A program made the translations under genes and the position numbers. A stretch of 64,000 nucleotides of DNA from Promethearchaeota archaeon (GTDB lineage Archaea > Asgardarchaeota > Lokiarchaeia > Sigyniarchaeales > SOKP01), in assembly GCA_029838195.1 (NCBI GenBank), contig JALGVJ010000042.1:1-64000 (forward strand), read 5' to 3'. Shown one piece after another: positions 1-10,923 of the stretch. A model generated the notes under the pieces. It was given only the letters and a program-made list of their open reading frames with translations. It made no database searches and was not told the origin of the DNA. Numbering within the stretch: the first letter of the stretch is position 1; each line of letters opens with the position of its first letter.

Positions 1-525
1 GAACAATTTAACATGATCTCGCTTCCTACCTCGTTTTCGGGGTGCCCTTCGGGGGACGCTATATAAGAGTTTCATCGCCGTCCTGTATTCTTTTGGAATG
101 TTCATCCGAAAAACTTGTATTTTAGGAGTAGAGAGGTAATCCGTGAGCTGCATTTGGATGACCGAGGGCTTTTTTTTATATTTTAAGATGAGCAACTGTT
201 TTCCTCGTGTTTTTAAGATCCTTAATCATGGGGCTCTTTTAAATGTTTTGGTACGATTCTGACCCTGAATTGACATTTTCCATTTAATAAAAATTTTCAT
301 TTATTTTTTTTTCAAATTTAAAAAAGCTAAGGTAGAGCAAGGATGGTACATGAGATTTTCAGCCCTTTAGAAACGTGATTTTCCGAGGGGGCGACGAAAT
401 CAGATGGGGTATAATTGAGGGTTTTGTCGGAATGAGATTTAAAAAACTTAAAAAACAAGCTATATTATAAACTTAAAAATACCCTCAACTATTGATTTAA
501 ATAATTAATAGAAAGGATTAGTTTT

Positions 526-1107
526 TTATGCGGCACTTTGCTCATTCACTTTCGCAATTTTATTGCTCCAATTGATTCCACCAGCAGTTATGAATAGCCC
601 GAAGATCAAATAAAGGCTAGTTATAGCGTACAAAAACACCCAGAATGCTAGTAATATAAAGGAAGAATAATGTGAATCCCACACGATTTCTTTAAAAAGA
701 ATTGAACCACTGTCAAGAGGAATAGGGGTATTCGCAACAACAACGAGGTATTCTAAATGAGTAAATGAATTCACTAACACGAAAATTCCTAAAATAATGA
801 TGAATTTTGCCAGCACTAACGGTTTTATTTCTTTTTTGTGTTTTAGTCCAAAAAAGATAAGTCCGATTCCAAAATAGATGCAATTTAAGACTAAAATAAT
901 TATCCAACTGAGAGTTCGATAAAAGGATACGTTGCCACTATTAAAAAAAATGTCCCAAATCAAGATCTCTTCATTTTCGATTATAAAACTACTGCTCATT
1001 AATAAGAAAAAATCAAGGAACTCCAAAACAACTCCAATAAAGAAGCTGATATAGAAAAACGTGAGGTACTTAGATAATTCTTCTGAGGCCATCATGACAA
1101 TTGACAC
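526..1107 (-). CDS. Hypothetical multi-pass membrane protein (about 4 TM)
   Basis: 193-aa ORF with four long hydrophobic segments; no recognisable family motif. Confidence 0.7.
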   Translation of the reverse strand: MSIVMMASEELSKYLTFFYISFFIGVVLEFLDFFLLMSSSFIIENEEILIWDIFFNSGNVSFYRTLSWIIILVLNCIYFGIGLIFFGLKHKKEIKPLVLAKFIIILGIFVLVNSFTHLEYLVVVANTPIPLDSGSILFKEIVWDSHYSSFILLAFWVFLYAITSLYLIFGLFITAGGINWSNKIAKVNEQSAA

Positions 1108-1475
1108 CTATTGATAATATATAATTTAACTCCTTTTCTTAAAAACTTTCATACTTGATGATTAAAAATTCCTAACTTAAATGGTAAATTAGGATTATTT
1201 GAAAAAGTGGAATCCATAAGAAATTAAACTGGTAAATGCATCGATATTTCAGAAATTACCATGGTCCATGAAATTACCTCATTTCTTCATCCGAAATTAG
1301 CGAAGAACGGAAAAACGTGAATTAGAATATTAAAATCAAAACAAGGGTCATTTCGCTGTAATTTCGTGAGGTCTTTCCGGAAAATCCTTTTTTAACCCAA
1401 ACAAAAAAAAATTTAAATAAATAATGGTTTTATTTTTAGGAATTTATTCAATTAATTTCATGGAATCATGTAAAT

Positions 1476-2489
1476 TTGAGGGATCCATTGAGAAAATCAA
1501 ATTCGAAAGAAAGAAGGGATGTTGAATGTCAACATTCTCATGTTAAATCGAAAGGGGGATATATTGTCTGTGAAGATTGTGGTCTTATTTTAAATGAAGA
1601 AGCCATTTTTAACGATACCCGGTATCCGACTGAAATTTATAAGGATTCTCAAATCGAATATGAAAAAGAAATTCAAAGGAAAAATTATCGGGCGATTCAA
1701 GATCCAAAAATCAAGGAAAAGTTTGAACGAATCAAAACCTTGAACACGTGGTACCGAGATCCCAGAACGGTGTTCATGGAACAAAAAAAAACGTTAGAAT
1801 TGTTGAAAAATTACTTCCCGGGATTAAAGATTGATTCGACCAAATTTCAAGAAATTAAAAAGCGATATCAACGATATTATCGAAAACATAAAAAAACCTA
1901 TCAAAACATGGTAATTATATTCTTAGCGATTGTTTGGATGGAGATTAAAGATACGACAAATATTCGACTGGAACATTTCATTAAAGCTTGTAATGAATTG
2001 GGCCATAAAATTAATAAAAGAATGTTAAGTAAAGCAATGACAAGAATTAGAAAAACGGAACAAAACGAAAGTACAGAAAGGCTAAAAAAAATGAAAAAAC
2101 AAGCTTTTAAAATCAAAGATACTTTAGAACATGAAATTAAATCAGAGATAAAAATTCTCTTTCAGCAAAATCTTAATAATGTCCCGTATAAAGAGGTAAA
2201 ACACGTGGTTGATGATGAACAAGAATTTGAACGATTGAAAATGGAAATGTCATTGGCCGTGGATAGAATTTTAAATTTAATCCCCTATGACTCCCTTAAA
2301 AACTTAAATTATAAAGCTTTCACGGCAGGACTTCTTTATTATGCGGGAAAAATCTTTAAAAAGGGAAAAACAAACCTCTTCACCCAACATCAAGTTCAAA
2401 AAGCGACCAATTTCTCAAGCACGACGATTAGAAAGAAATATCACTTCTTAGTCCGCATATTGGGAGAGCCGGAGAAGTTCATGCGGTAA
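1476..2489 (+). CDS. Divergent transcription factor B (TFIIB/TFB) paralogue
   Basis: N-terminal Zn ribbon (CQH...GYIVCEDCGLIL), two cyclin-like repeats, C-terminal HTH (FTQHQVQKATNFSSTTIRKKY, cf. canonical TQREVAEVAGVTEVTIRNRY). Confidence 0.8.
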   Translation: MRDPLRKSNSKERRDVECQHSHVKSKGGYIVCEDCGLILNEEAIFNDTRYPTEIYKDSQIEYEKEIQRKNYRAIQDPKIKEKFERIKTLNTWYRDPRTVFMEQKKTLELLKNYFPGLKIDSTKFQEIKKRYQRYYRKHKKTYQNMVIIFLAIVWMEIKDTTNIRLEHFIKACNELGHKINKRMLSKAMTRIRKTEQNESTERLKKMKKQAFKIKDTLEHEIKSEIKILFQQNLNNVPYKEVKHVVDDEQEFERLKMEMSLAVDRILNLIPYDSLKNLNYKAFTAGLLYYAGKIFKKGKTNLFTQHQVQKATNFSSTTIRKKYHFLVRILGEPEKFMR

Positions 2490-2619
2490 CCGTCATTTTC
2501 ATTTATCCTATAAATGAAATTAAAAAGGCTTTTATTATCATAATCTATTAATAATATAATTAAATTCATGAAAATTACCATGAATTCATGAAATTAAATA
2601 ATCAATAGCCTCGAAAATC

Positions 2620-3546
2620 ATGAATGAAAATCAATCTGTAGTGGAACTTTCCAAGTTTAAATCATTTCTTAAAAAATATGGAGCTATCATTTTCATTTCG
2701 ACCATTATTGCTATATTTATTTTTCTCGCGGTGAGCGGGATTAATTTTGGTCAGTGGCTTGCGAATTTAGTCATGAATTATTATAATACGTATGGGGATA
2801 TAGGGATCTATATTGGAGTGTTTTTAATTTCTATTTTTGGCAACTTTACCATAATTTTTCCGGTACCCTATACCATTGCGTTAATAGTAATATCTGCCGT
2901 AGTACCTGGCGTAAATCCCGTTTTTCTAGGCATAGTGGGGGGTTTAGGTGCAAGTATTGGCGAAGTAAGTGCATGGCTAATTGGTAGGGGCTCAAAAGAA
3001 ATGATTGGCGATTCGAAATCAATAGAACGCATGAAAAAATATGTAGATGCGGGTTGGGCTCCTTTATTCATTATATTTTTCGCTGCAACTCCCCTTCCTG
3101 ATGATGCTTTTCTCATTGTATTAGGAATCGCTCAATACAGTCTCATTAAGGCACTGGTATATTGTTTCATTGGAAAGTTCATTTTATGTTTTTTATGTAG
3201 TGCCCTTCCCATTTGGTTTGCTAATACTCCAATTGGAGATTTTCTTTTTGGACTCTTTGGAATTAATTTAGAAGCCGCTCGTACGGGCGTCATTCCACCA
3301 AGCACGACAGCAGAATTAATCCAAAGTTCAGTAATATGGTCAGCAACGATCATAATCATGTTTCTCCTCGTGTACGTAGATTGGGGAACGGTAATTAGAA
3401 AAATAAAGAAACCACGAAACAATAGAGATGTTAAATTTATTGAGAAATCGGGAAACCATGAATATTTATTCGTATGTTTTAAAAGGTATTTAGACAAATT
3501 TTTATTATTCATTCATGGATTAAATAGCCATGACACCTTTTCTTGA
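2620..3546 (+). CDS. VTT/DedA (SNARE-associated Golgi protein-like) membrane protein
   Basis: GGLGASIGEVSAWLIGRG and FAATPLPDD motifs typical of the DedA/YqaA family. Confidence 0.8.
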   Translation: MNENQSVVELSKFKSFLKKYGAIIFISTIIAIFIFLAVSGINFGQWLANLVMNYYNTYGDIGIYIGVFLISIFGNFTIIFPVPYTIALIVISAVVPGVNPVFLGIVGGLGASIGEVSAWLIGRGSKEMIGDSKSIERMKKYVDAGWAPLFIIFFAATPLPDDAFLIVLGIAQYSLIKALVYCFIGKFILCFLCSALPIWFANTPIGDFLFGLFGINLEAARTGVIPPSTTAELIQSSVIWSATIIIMFLLVYVDWGTVIRKIKKPRNNRDVKFIEKSGNHEYLFVCFKRYLDKFLLFIHGLNSHDTFS

Positions 3547-3799
3547 TATTTTACTCGAATTGGGATGGAATGATCCATGATTTCCTATTCTCTTTATCTT
3601 TTTTTATTAAAATTAACATGAATTTTATAGGAATGAGAGCTGAATTAACAAGTTCATTATATCTTTTTAAAATTATTCAGAAGGAGATTCTATAAAATAA
3701 TTTCTCATGAAGAAAGTGATAAATTTTATTATACGATTTTTTCATGGTATAGTTATATAATTATTTTAAAATTTACAAAAATAGTATCGATTAAAAGAC

Positions 3800-6685
3800 A
3801 TGTCAATGAACTCCTATTATAAAGATAGTATCGATGATCTTGTTAAAAAACTTAATACTAATATCACTAAGGGCTTAACTTCTGAAGAGGCTGCAGCTAG
3901 ACTTGAGAAATACGGGCCAAATATTCTTCCTGAAGTCTCAAAAGGATTTATTAAGATATATTTGGCTCCTCTTTTTAATTGGCTCATTGTAATTTATTTG
4001 GCTTGTTCTTTAGTAATGTTTTTTGCAAGTTTTTTCGGGGAAGAGAGTAATTTATCGATGATTATTATAACTTTAGGAATTGTTGGAGTAAATTGTATCA
4101 TTGCTATTTTTCAACAATATAGGGCCACAAAAAAACTTGAAGCATTGAAAAAATTATCCGCGCCCACGGCTACTATTATAAGAGATGGAAAAAAACAAGA
4201 AGTTCCCACGGAAAACATCGTCATGGGAGACATTCTAGTTTTAAATCAAGGAGATAAAATTGCTGCAGATGCGAGAATTATTGAGGGCGCCAATTTAGAA
4301 ACAAATGAAGCATCTCTAACAGGCGAGAGCGAACCCGTAAAAAAATTCAACGATGGGAGGGCCATTTCAGTGGAAGGAGAACTTCCCATTTCGGAACGAA
4401 AGAACATGGTCTTTTATGGGACATTTATTACCATGGGAAGCGGAAAATCGATCGTAGTGAAAACGGGTGCAAATACAGAGATTGGAAAGATTTCAGTAGG
4501 ATTGGAACAAGCTGGAACAAGTGAAATACCCATAAGAAATAAGATGAATAATTTTGGCAAGTGGTTAGGACTCGTGATCGTGGCGTTATGGGTGGCAACT
4601 TTAATTCTTAAACTTATAACTGTAGGAGTATTAAACATCGTAGGAAGTTTAAATGCGGCCTTAGATTTAATGCCCATCAATTTACCTTTACTAGTAACCA
4701 TCATCCTTCTCACGGGGGTACTTGCAATGGCACGTTATGGAGTAATCGTTCGGAATATTGCTTCTGTGGACAGCTTGGGTCGTGTTAGCGTGGTATGTTC
4801 GGATAAAACGGGAACATTAACGAAGAATCAAATGTGCGTTCAGCACGTGTGGACTAATGGACACGTGTTTAAAGTAACGGGAAGTGGATATTCTCCCGAA
4901 GGCAGAATTATTAAAATAGATGATAAAAAAAATCCGGAATACATCACGCATATCGAAAATTTTCCTCAGTTGAAATTATTGTTGATTAGTGGATTTTTGA
5001 ACAACAATTCTGCCTTGGTAAAGAATACGATAAAAGCAGCAAATAGAAATATTGATACATGGGATGTCATTGGATCGCCTACCGAAGGGGCTTTAATGGT
5101 ATTGTTTCAAAAAGGTATGGGCGATTATCTTTTAGAAGATTTCGAACAAGTAAAAGAATTCCCATTTAGCTCTTCCTTGAAGCGGATGACGAAGATCTTC
5201 AGGCACGAGGAAAAATACTTTTCATTTACTAAAGGAGCGAGCGAAATATTAATTCCCCTTTGTTCAAAAATATTATATAAAGATGCGAGCATAGAATTCA
5301 ATGACAAGTTAAAAAACGAAGTGATGGAAAAAATTAATGAGTATGCTGGAAAAGGATATCGGGTTTTAAGTTTTTGTTATAAGGAATTCTACATGTTACC
5401 ATCCGATATAGATGAGTTAAGAGACCAATTTGAATCAGACATGACTTATTTAGGATTTGTCACCATCCTTGATCCCCCACGAGAAGGAGTGGAAAAATCG
5501 GTAGAACAATGTCATGAGGCAGGCATAGATGTAGTAATGATAACAGGAGATTCTCCAGCTACCGCAAAATCAATAGCCCAACAAATTTCAATCATCAATA
5601 GTGAAGATGAATTAGTGGTGGAAGGAAAAGATATAGAACAAGCTATTGCCCGACCAAATTTCGATAAGATTAAAGTATTTGCCCGTGTCTCTCCAGAACA
5701 TAAGGAAAAAATAATCAAGAAATATAAAGCGGAAAATAAAGTGGTGGCAATGACCGGAGATGGTGTTAATGACGCCTTAGCGTTAAATTTAGCCGATGCC
5801 GGCATGGCCATGGGGATTACGGGAACGGATATCGCCAAAGAAGCTTCTGACATGGTAATTTCAGACGATTCATTTAACTCTATAGTTAAAGGTATCCAAC
5901 AAGGTAGAGGAATCTTTACTAAAGTTCGAGCCGTGGTGTTTTTTTACATTTGTATTAATGTTTTCGAAGGACTCGTCGCTTTTATTTTAGCTGTAATTTT
6001 AGGTTATCCGTGGTGGCAAGATCCGGCTTCACCTTATTACATGCAGTGGATTTTTCTTTCCATCACGCTCCATATCTTTCCTGGGTTAATTTTAACGTTT
6101 GATACCATTTCAGATGATGTGATGAAAGAAAAGCCAAGAGATGAGGAGGAAATACTTTCAAAAAAAACAATTCTTCTCATGTGCTTATATGGTGGGCTTT
6201 TAGCAATTTCGATGATCATCACGTATTTCCTTGCTCTTACGGGTTCATATCCTGTAGTTCCCTCTAATCATGAATTAGGAATGTGGAATGAGGCGTACCT
6301 GTATACATCAGCAACCATGCATTTAACACCCACTGTCAAATTAAATGAAGCAAAAGCATTAACCATGCTTATGGTTACTCTTTATTTCTGTGAATCATTT
6401 CTAGTCCTTCAAATTAGACGCCCAAATAAATCCTTAATTGCAAGTATTAGAGAAGATAGCAATAAATTCATGTATTTTCTCTTGGGAATTCTATTCGTGG
6501 CCTTTATTTCCATCATGTACATACCCGGATTTCAAATCGGATTGGCTACTGTTACGGGATTAAATTTCATGTTCATGTATTTGACGGCGCTAGATTGGCT
6601 CGTGTGCTTCTTGATTTCACTCATTTGCATTGTTTCTTTCGAAGGAATTAAATATTATCTTAGAATGAAAAATATTGTTTTATAA
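3800..6685 (+). CDS. Cation-transporting P-type ATPase (type II-like)
   Basis: GLTSEEAAARLEKYGPN, LTGES, CSDKTGTLT phosphorylation site, KGASE, DPPR, MITGD, TGDGVND. Confidence 0.95.
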   Translation: MSMNSYYKDSIDDLVKKLNTNITKGLTSEEAAARLEKYGPNILPEVSKGFIKIYLAPLFNWLIVIYLACSLVMFFASFFGEESNLSMIIITLGIVGVNCIIAIFQQYRATKKLEALKKLSAPTATIIRDGKKQEVPTENIVMGDILVLNQGDKIAADARIIEGANLETNEASLTGESEPVKKFNDGRAISVEGELPISERKNMVFYGTFITMGSGKSIVVKTGANTEIGKISVGLEQAGTSEIPIRNKMNNFGKWLGLVIVALWVATLILKLITVGVLNIVGSLNAALDLMPINLPLLVTIILLTGVLAMARYGVIVRNIASVDSLGRVSVVCSDKTGTLTKNQMCVQHVWTNGHVFKVTGSGYSPEGRIIKIDDKKNPEYITHIENFPQLKLLLISGFLNNNSALVKNTIKAANRNIDTWDVIGSPTEGALMVLFQKGMGDYLLEDFEQVKEFPFSSSLKRMTKIFRHEEKYFSFTKGASEILIPLCSKILYKDASIEFNDKLKNEVMEKINEYAGKGYRVLSFCYKEFYMLPSDIDELRDQFESDMTYLGFVTILDPPREGVEKSVEQCHEAGIDVVMITGDSPATAKSIAQQISIINSEDELVVEGKDIEQAIARPNFDKIKVFARVSPEHKEKIIKKYKAENKVVAMTGDGVNDALALNLADAGMAMGITGTDIAKEASDMVISDDSFNSIVKGIQQGRGIFTKVRAVVFFYICINVFEGLVAFILAVILGYPWWQDPASPYYMQWIFLSITLHIFPGLILTFDTISDDVMKEKPRDEEEILSKKTILLMCLYGGLLAISMIITYFLALTGSYPVVPSNHELGMWNEAYLYTSATMHLTPTVKLNEAKALTMLMVTLYFCESFLVLQIRRPNKSLIASIREDSNKFMYFLLGILFVAFISIMYIPGFQIGLATVTGLNFMFMYLTALDWLVCFLISLICIVSFEGIKYYLRMKNIVL

Positions 6686-6995
6686 TATCTTTTTATTATT
6701 TTTTTTATGGATTGCATTTTTTAAACTAATTTTCGACACGTTCATTTAAATTAGCATTTTCTTTAATACAATCATCGATTTTTCTTCTATGATTTACCGT
6801 GTTCGTGCCATGTACGTTGATTTTTTTCATGCAAGAAGCTTCTTTCTCATTCTTATAGAATTCACATTCTTTTTATATTGAAATTTGTACTATTTTTAGG
6901 AGTATTATAAAAATCCAAAATTTAGTTTGCAAGGGTTTACTTTTTTAAAGAAAAATTATTGTATTTTCATAAAAAAGTCTTAATAAAGTGATTCC

Positions 6996-8318
6996 ATGAA
7001 TAAATATTTAGTGTCAATCGTAAAATATGAAAGACCTCATGAATCGGTAAGAAAAGCGGTAGAACTCTGTAAAGGATTAGACCACTTGCCGGAAAAAGCA
7101 AGAGTATTCATCAAACCTAATATCGTGTATTGGACTAAAGAATGTGATTTTCCTAAATGGGGCGTGTTGACTACCACCCGAGTTGTTGAAGATGTAATAG
7201 AGATTTTAAAAGAAAAAGAGATTGACGATATCACGATAGGAGAAGGTATTATTACAGAAGATCCAAAAGATAAAGAAACGCCTGCAGATGCTTTTGAAAA
7301 ATTAGGTTATAATAAACTTGCAGATAAATATGGCGTCAAAATATATAATACATTCGAACGACCCTTTGAAAAAATTAATTTAACGGATGACGTTACGGTA
7401 AAAATGAATGCAGACATGTTGCATTCTGATTTTCTCGTTGATCTTCCCGTTTTAAAAACTCATGCCCAATGTGTTGTTAGCTTGGGAATCAAAAATTTGA
7501 AAGGATTAATAAGCATACCTTCAAGAAAAAAGTTTCATAGCGCAGATCCCATTAAAAATCTTGATTATAATGTTGCTCAATTAGCTAATAAAATTCCTCC
7601 AAGTCTTACGGTTATTGATGGTATTTACACGCTTGAACGAGGGCCGGCCATGGATGGAAAAGCTCATCGAAGCAACATTTTAGTCGCTTCAGCAGATATT
7701 TTATCAGCCGATCTTGTAGGGGCAAATTTATTAGGGATTGATGCTTCCAGCGTGCCCCACTTGGTGCAAGCTGCTAAAGATCGAAATCGACCTACCGATT
7801 TATCGGACATCGAAATCGTAGGAGAGAAAATTGAAGATCTTGCGAGCCCTCATGAATGGGATTATATTTATTACGGAGAGAATGACATTCCCCTTGCTTA
7901 TCAGAGAGCAGGCATTACAGGAATCAGGTATCATAAATATGATAAGACCATGTGTACCTATTGCTCAGTCTTAAACGGATTATTATTAATGGCAATAAAG
8001 ACGGCTTGGAAAGGCGAGCCCTTTGATAATATTGAGGTGTTAACAGGTAAAGTAATGGAGCCCTCTCCCGGCATGAACAAAACGATTTTGGTTGGACAAT
8101 GTCAAGTAAATAAAAATAAAGAGCATCCCAATATTAAGGAATTAATCATGATTAAAGGGTGCCCTCCCAACAAGGAAGAAATAAGAGATGCTTTGAGAAA
8201 AGCGGGAATAAGAGTTCCGGGCTATTTTTTCAAGAATTTGGATAAAGGTCCAATGTTATTTATGCAACGATACCAAGGAAAACCGGAATTTGTTGAAGAA
8301 TTTTATACCGTACCTTAA
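6996..8318 (+). CDS. DUF362-domain protein with C-terminal Cys (probable Fe-S) motifs
   Basis: IKPN, LPVLKTH, LGIKNLKG, VIDG...GP; C-terminal CTYC, GQC, GCPP. Confidence 0.85.
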   Translation: MNKYLVSIVKYERPHESVRKAVELCKGLDHLPEKARVFIKPNIVYWTKECDFPKWGVLTTTRVVEDVIEILKEKEIDDITIGEGIITEDPKDKETPADAFEKLGYNKLADKYGVKIYNTFERPFEKINLTDDVTVKMNADMLHSDFLVDLPVLKTHAQCVVSLGIKNLKGLISIPSRKKFHSADPIKNLDYNVAQLANKIPPSLTVIDGIYTLERGPAMDGKAHRSNILVASADILSADLVGANLLGIDASSVPHLVQAAKDRNRPTDLSDIEIVGEKIEDLASPHEWDYIYYGENDIPLAYQRAGITGIRYHKYDKTMCTYCSVLNGLLLMAIKTAWKGEPFDNIEVLTGKVMEPSPGMNKTILVGQCQVNKNKEHPNIKELIMIKGCPPNKEEIRDALRKAGIRVPGYFFKNLDKGPMLFMQRYQGKPEFVEEFYTVP

Positions 8319-8661
8319 AAAAAATTACAAATATTTCAATTTAATTCCCAGCATTTTTTTAAATTTTTTTATCCTTTGATTTTAAAAAAATCTTTATCGC
8401 TAATTTTTTTGCTTGAACAATCAATAAATGATGAATTTAAAAAATTTTCACATCATTTAAAAAATCTTTCGGATCTTTTAAATTTGAATTATAACATGTA
8501 AAGATTAATTTCATTCTTAAGTATTAAATAAATTAAAAAATATTCAAGCAAAATTATTGATAGAAATGTTTATAAAGGTAATTTTATTCACATACTTTAA
8601 GCAAAAATAAATAAGATAAGAATTCTTATTTAAATTATTCATTAAATTTAAAAAAGAGGGT

Positions 8662-9081
8662 TTGATCATTAAGAATATTAGCATTAGTCTTCCGGATTTA
8701 TATATCGAATTATTGGATAAATTAGGTAAAGAAAGAAAGATTTCTCGTTCCTTTCTTTTGAGAATAGCAATTGAAGAAAGAATAAACGCCGATTTAGCTT
8801 TCAAAAAGACGATAAAAGACCTCTATCCCAACCTGAAAAAAGAAATGATAGAAAAGAGAATAAACGATTTTCACAGGTATTGCATAGCTTGTAACAAGAA
8901 ATTAAAAAATTCAAAGAATATTAAGGAAATAAGGGATGATAACATGATTGAGGTTCCTTTTTGTGCGGATTGTTATAAAATTCATGAAAACGATGCCATT
9001 GACAAGTTGCCAGAAGCTATTCGAGAAAAAATTCAAACGTATTTAAATGATTGTAAAGAATTAGGTTTCAAAAACCATTAA
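8662..9081 (+). CDS. Ribbon-helix-helix (CopG/MetJ-like) regulator with CxxC...CxxC zinc finger
   Basis: NISISLPDLYIELLDKL...ISRSFLLRIAIEE RHH pattern; CIAC and CADC. Confidence 0.75.
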   Translation: MIIKNISISLPDLYIELLDKLGKERKISRSFLLRIAIEERINADLAFKKTIKDLYPNLKKEMIEKRINDFHRYCIACNKKLKNSKNIKEIRDDNMIEVPFCADCYKIHENDAIDKLPEAIREKIQTYLNDCKELGFKNH

Positions 9082-9390
9082 TTTATTTATTCTTTTTTTT
9101 AACTAATTAATTGGTTTTATAAGGAAGGAGGAGGGGCATCATTTATTTAATAATAAGTCTCTATTAAATGATTAATGAATCCCCTTAATGGACTGGATTA
9201 AAAACTTTTTTAAAAACGATTTTAAATTTTTTCAATACTCGAGGAAATTTAAATGATAAATGTATTTTTCCATGTTCATTAGAAAATTAGGTTGAATTTT
9301 TTAGATTTAAAAAATTCTCTTTAATCCAAGAAATCTAAGAAAAAATATTTATTTAAAATAATAATATCATTTTAAAAAGGAAGTTTAATC

Positions 9391-10515
9391 ATGGACATTT
9401 CAGACCTTAAAATTGGCACGGAAGGAAGTTTTGTAGGAGATATTAATAAAGGGGTACAATCAATAAAACGAATCGAAGAATTAGGATATGATTCAATATG
9501 GTTTGCGGATCATCTAATGGGATTTACTCCTGAATCCATCTGGACTCCTTCTATCATAGATGCTGCGAACATCCAACCTTCACCGCACATTTTTCATTCG
9601 GTAATCTCAACCATGACTTTAACCGCGTGGAATACACATAAACTTTTATTTGGAACGAGCGTGACGGAACCATTTAGAAGACATCCCGCAGTTTTAGCGC
9701 AAGATTTCCTTACCTTGCATAATCTCTCAAAAGGAAGGGTAATTCTTGGAATTGGAGCCGGAGAAGGAGAAAATAACATTCCTTATGGAATTGAAATGAA
9801 TAGACCTGTTCAGAGATTAAAAGAAGCAATTGAAATCATTAAATTATTGTGGAAAAATGGTGATAAAATAAGTTATGAAGGTAAAATTTGGACCTTAAAA
9901 GATGCCATTTTGGCACTTAAGCCTTTTGAAAAAGGTAAATATCCTCCTATTTGGATCGCAGCACACGGTCCTAAAATGCTTGAATTGACTGCTTCTTTAG
10001 GAGATGGGTGGATTCCTCTTTATTTTACTCCTAAAAAATATAAAGAAAAATTAAACACTATAATAAAAATAGCTAAAAAAAAAGGACGAGATCCAGAAGA
10101 AATCACACCAGCACTTTTTTGCTACTTAGTTATTGATGAGAACCATGATACCTGTGATCAACTAATTAATAAACCCGTTATAAAAAATCAGTTATTCTTG
10201 CTACCCGATTCGATCTTTAAAAAATATGGAACATCACATCCCTTAGGGGAAAATTTTTATGGCCTAGTCCATTACATTCCGCCAAAATATTCCAGAGAAG
10301 AGATTCTAATGGCTTTAAACAAAATTCCTAAAAACATGATGGAAGAATATATCATCCATGGAACTCCTGATGAGATCATTGCGAAAATCGAGAATTACGC
10401 TAGAGCAGGTCTTAAACATGTAATTTTTTATAATACCACGTATTTAGCCGATACGAGTAAAATTAAAAGCTCATTCACTTGTTTAAAAAAGGTATTAGCC
10501 TATTATAAAGATTAA
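9391..10515 (+). CDS. LLM-class flavin (probably F420)-dependent oxidoreductase
   Basis: GYDSIWFADH, RRHPAVLAQ, GRVILGIGAG, PPIWIAAHGPKML, GDGWIP. Confidence 0.92.
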   Translation: MDISDLKIGTEGSFVGDINKGVQSIKRIEELGYDSIWFADHLMGFTPESIWTPSIIDAANIQPSPHIFHSVISTMTLTAWNTHKLLFGTSVTEPFRRHPAVLAQDFLTLHNLSKGRVILGIGAGEGENNIPYGIEMNRPVQRLKEAIEIIKLLWKNGDKISYEGKIWTLKDAILALKPFEKGKYPPIWIAAHGPKMLELTASLGDGWIPLYFTPKKYKEKLNTIIKIAKKKGRDPEEITPALFCYLVIDENHDTCDQLINKPVIKNQLFLLPDSIFKKYGTSHPLGENFYGLVHYIPPKYSREEILMALNKIPKNMMEEYIIHGTPDEIIAKIENYARAGLKHVIFYNTTYLADTSKIKSSFTCLKKVLAYYKD

Positions 10516-10587
10516 ATTAATTCTCGAATTTAAAAAATTAACATTATTGAACTAATAAAAAAATTAACTTTATTTCATTGCATATGA

Positions 10588-10809
10588 GGGGTAAAAACGT
10601 GCGAAAAATGCAAGAAGTTAGCTAAAAAAGGAAAAAAATTCTGCTTGATCCACGCATATTTAATCCCTTCTAATAAAGCAATACCCTTAATTGAAGTTGA
10701 TTTAAAGAATAAAAGAATCATGGCAGACTTTGACATACTTCAAGTATTTGAAAATGAGGCGGAAGTAAAACGCCATGCAAGGGCCCATTCCATTAAAATA
10801 GTAGTTTAA
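10588..10809 (+). CDS. Small CxxC protein missed by the ORF track; start codon unresolved
   Basis: Open frame GVKTCEKCKKLAKKGKKFCLIHAYLIPSNKAIPLIEVDLKNKRIMADFDILQVFENEAEVKRHARAHSIKIVV*; preceded in frame by TGA (10585-10587) and out of frame by ATG (10584). Confidence 0.55.
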   Translation, partial: GVKTCEKCKKLAKKGKKFCLIHAYLIPSNKAIPLIEVDLKNKRIMADFDILQVFENEAEVKRHARAHSIKIVV

Positions 10810-10923
10810 ATTAAAGTCCCCGCATTAAGCAATTTGCCTAATTTTTTTTAGAATATTTTTTTCTAATCTCTCTTAATATCAAATTTAAAATAAATTTAAG
10901 GATGAAAATTTCCTGTTTAATTT

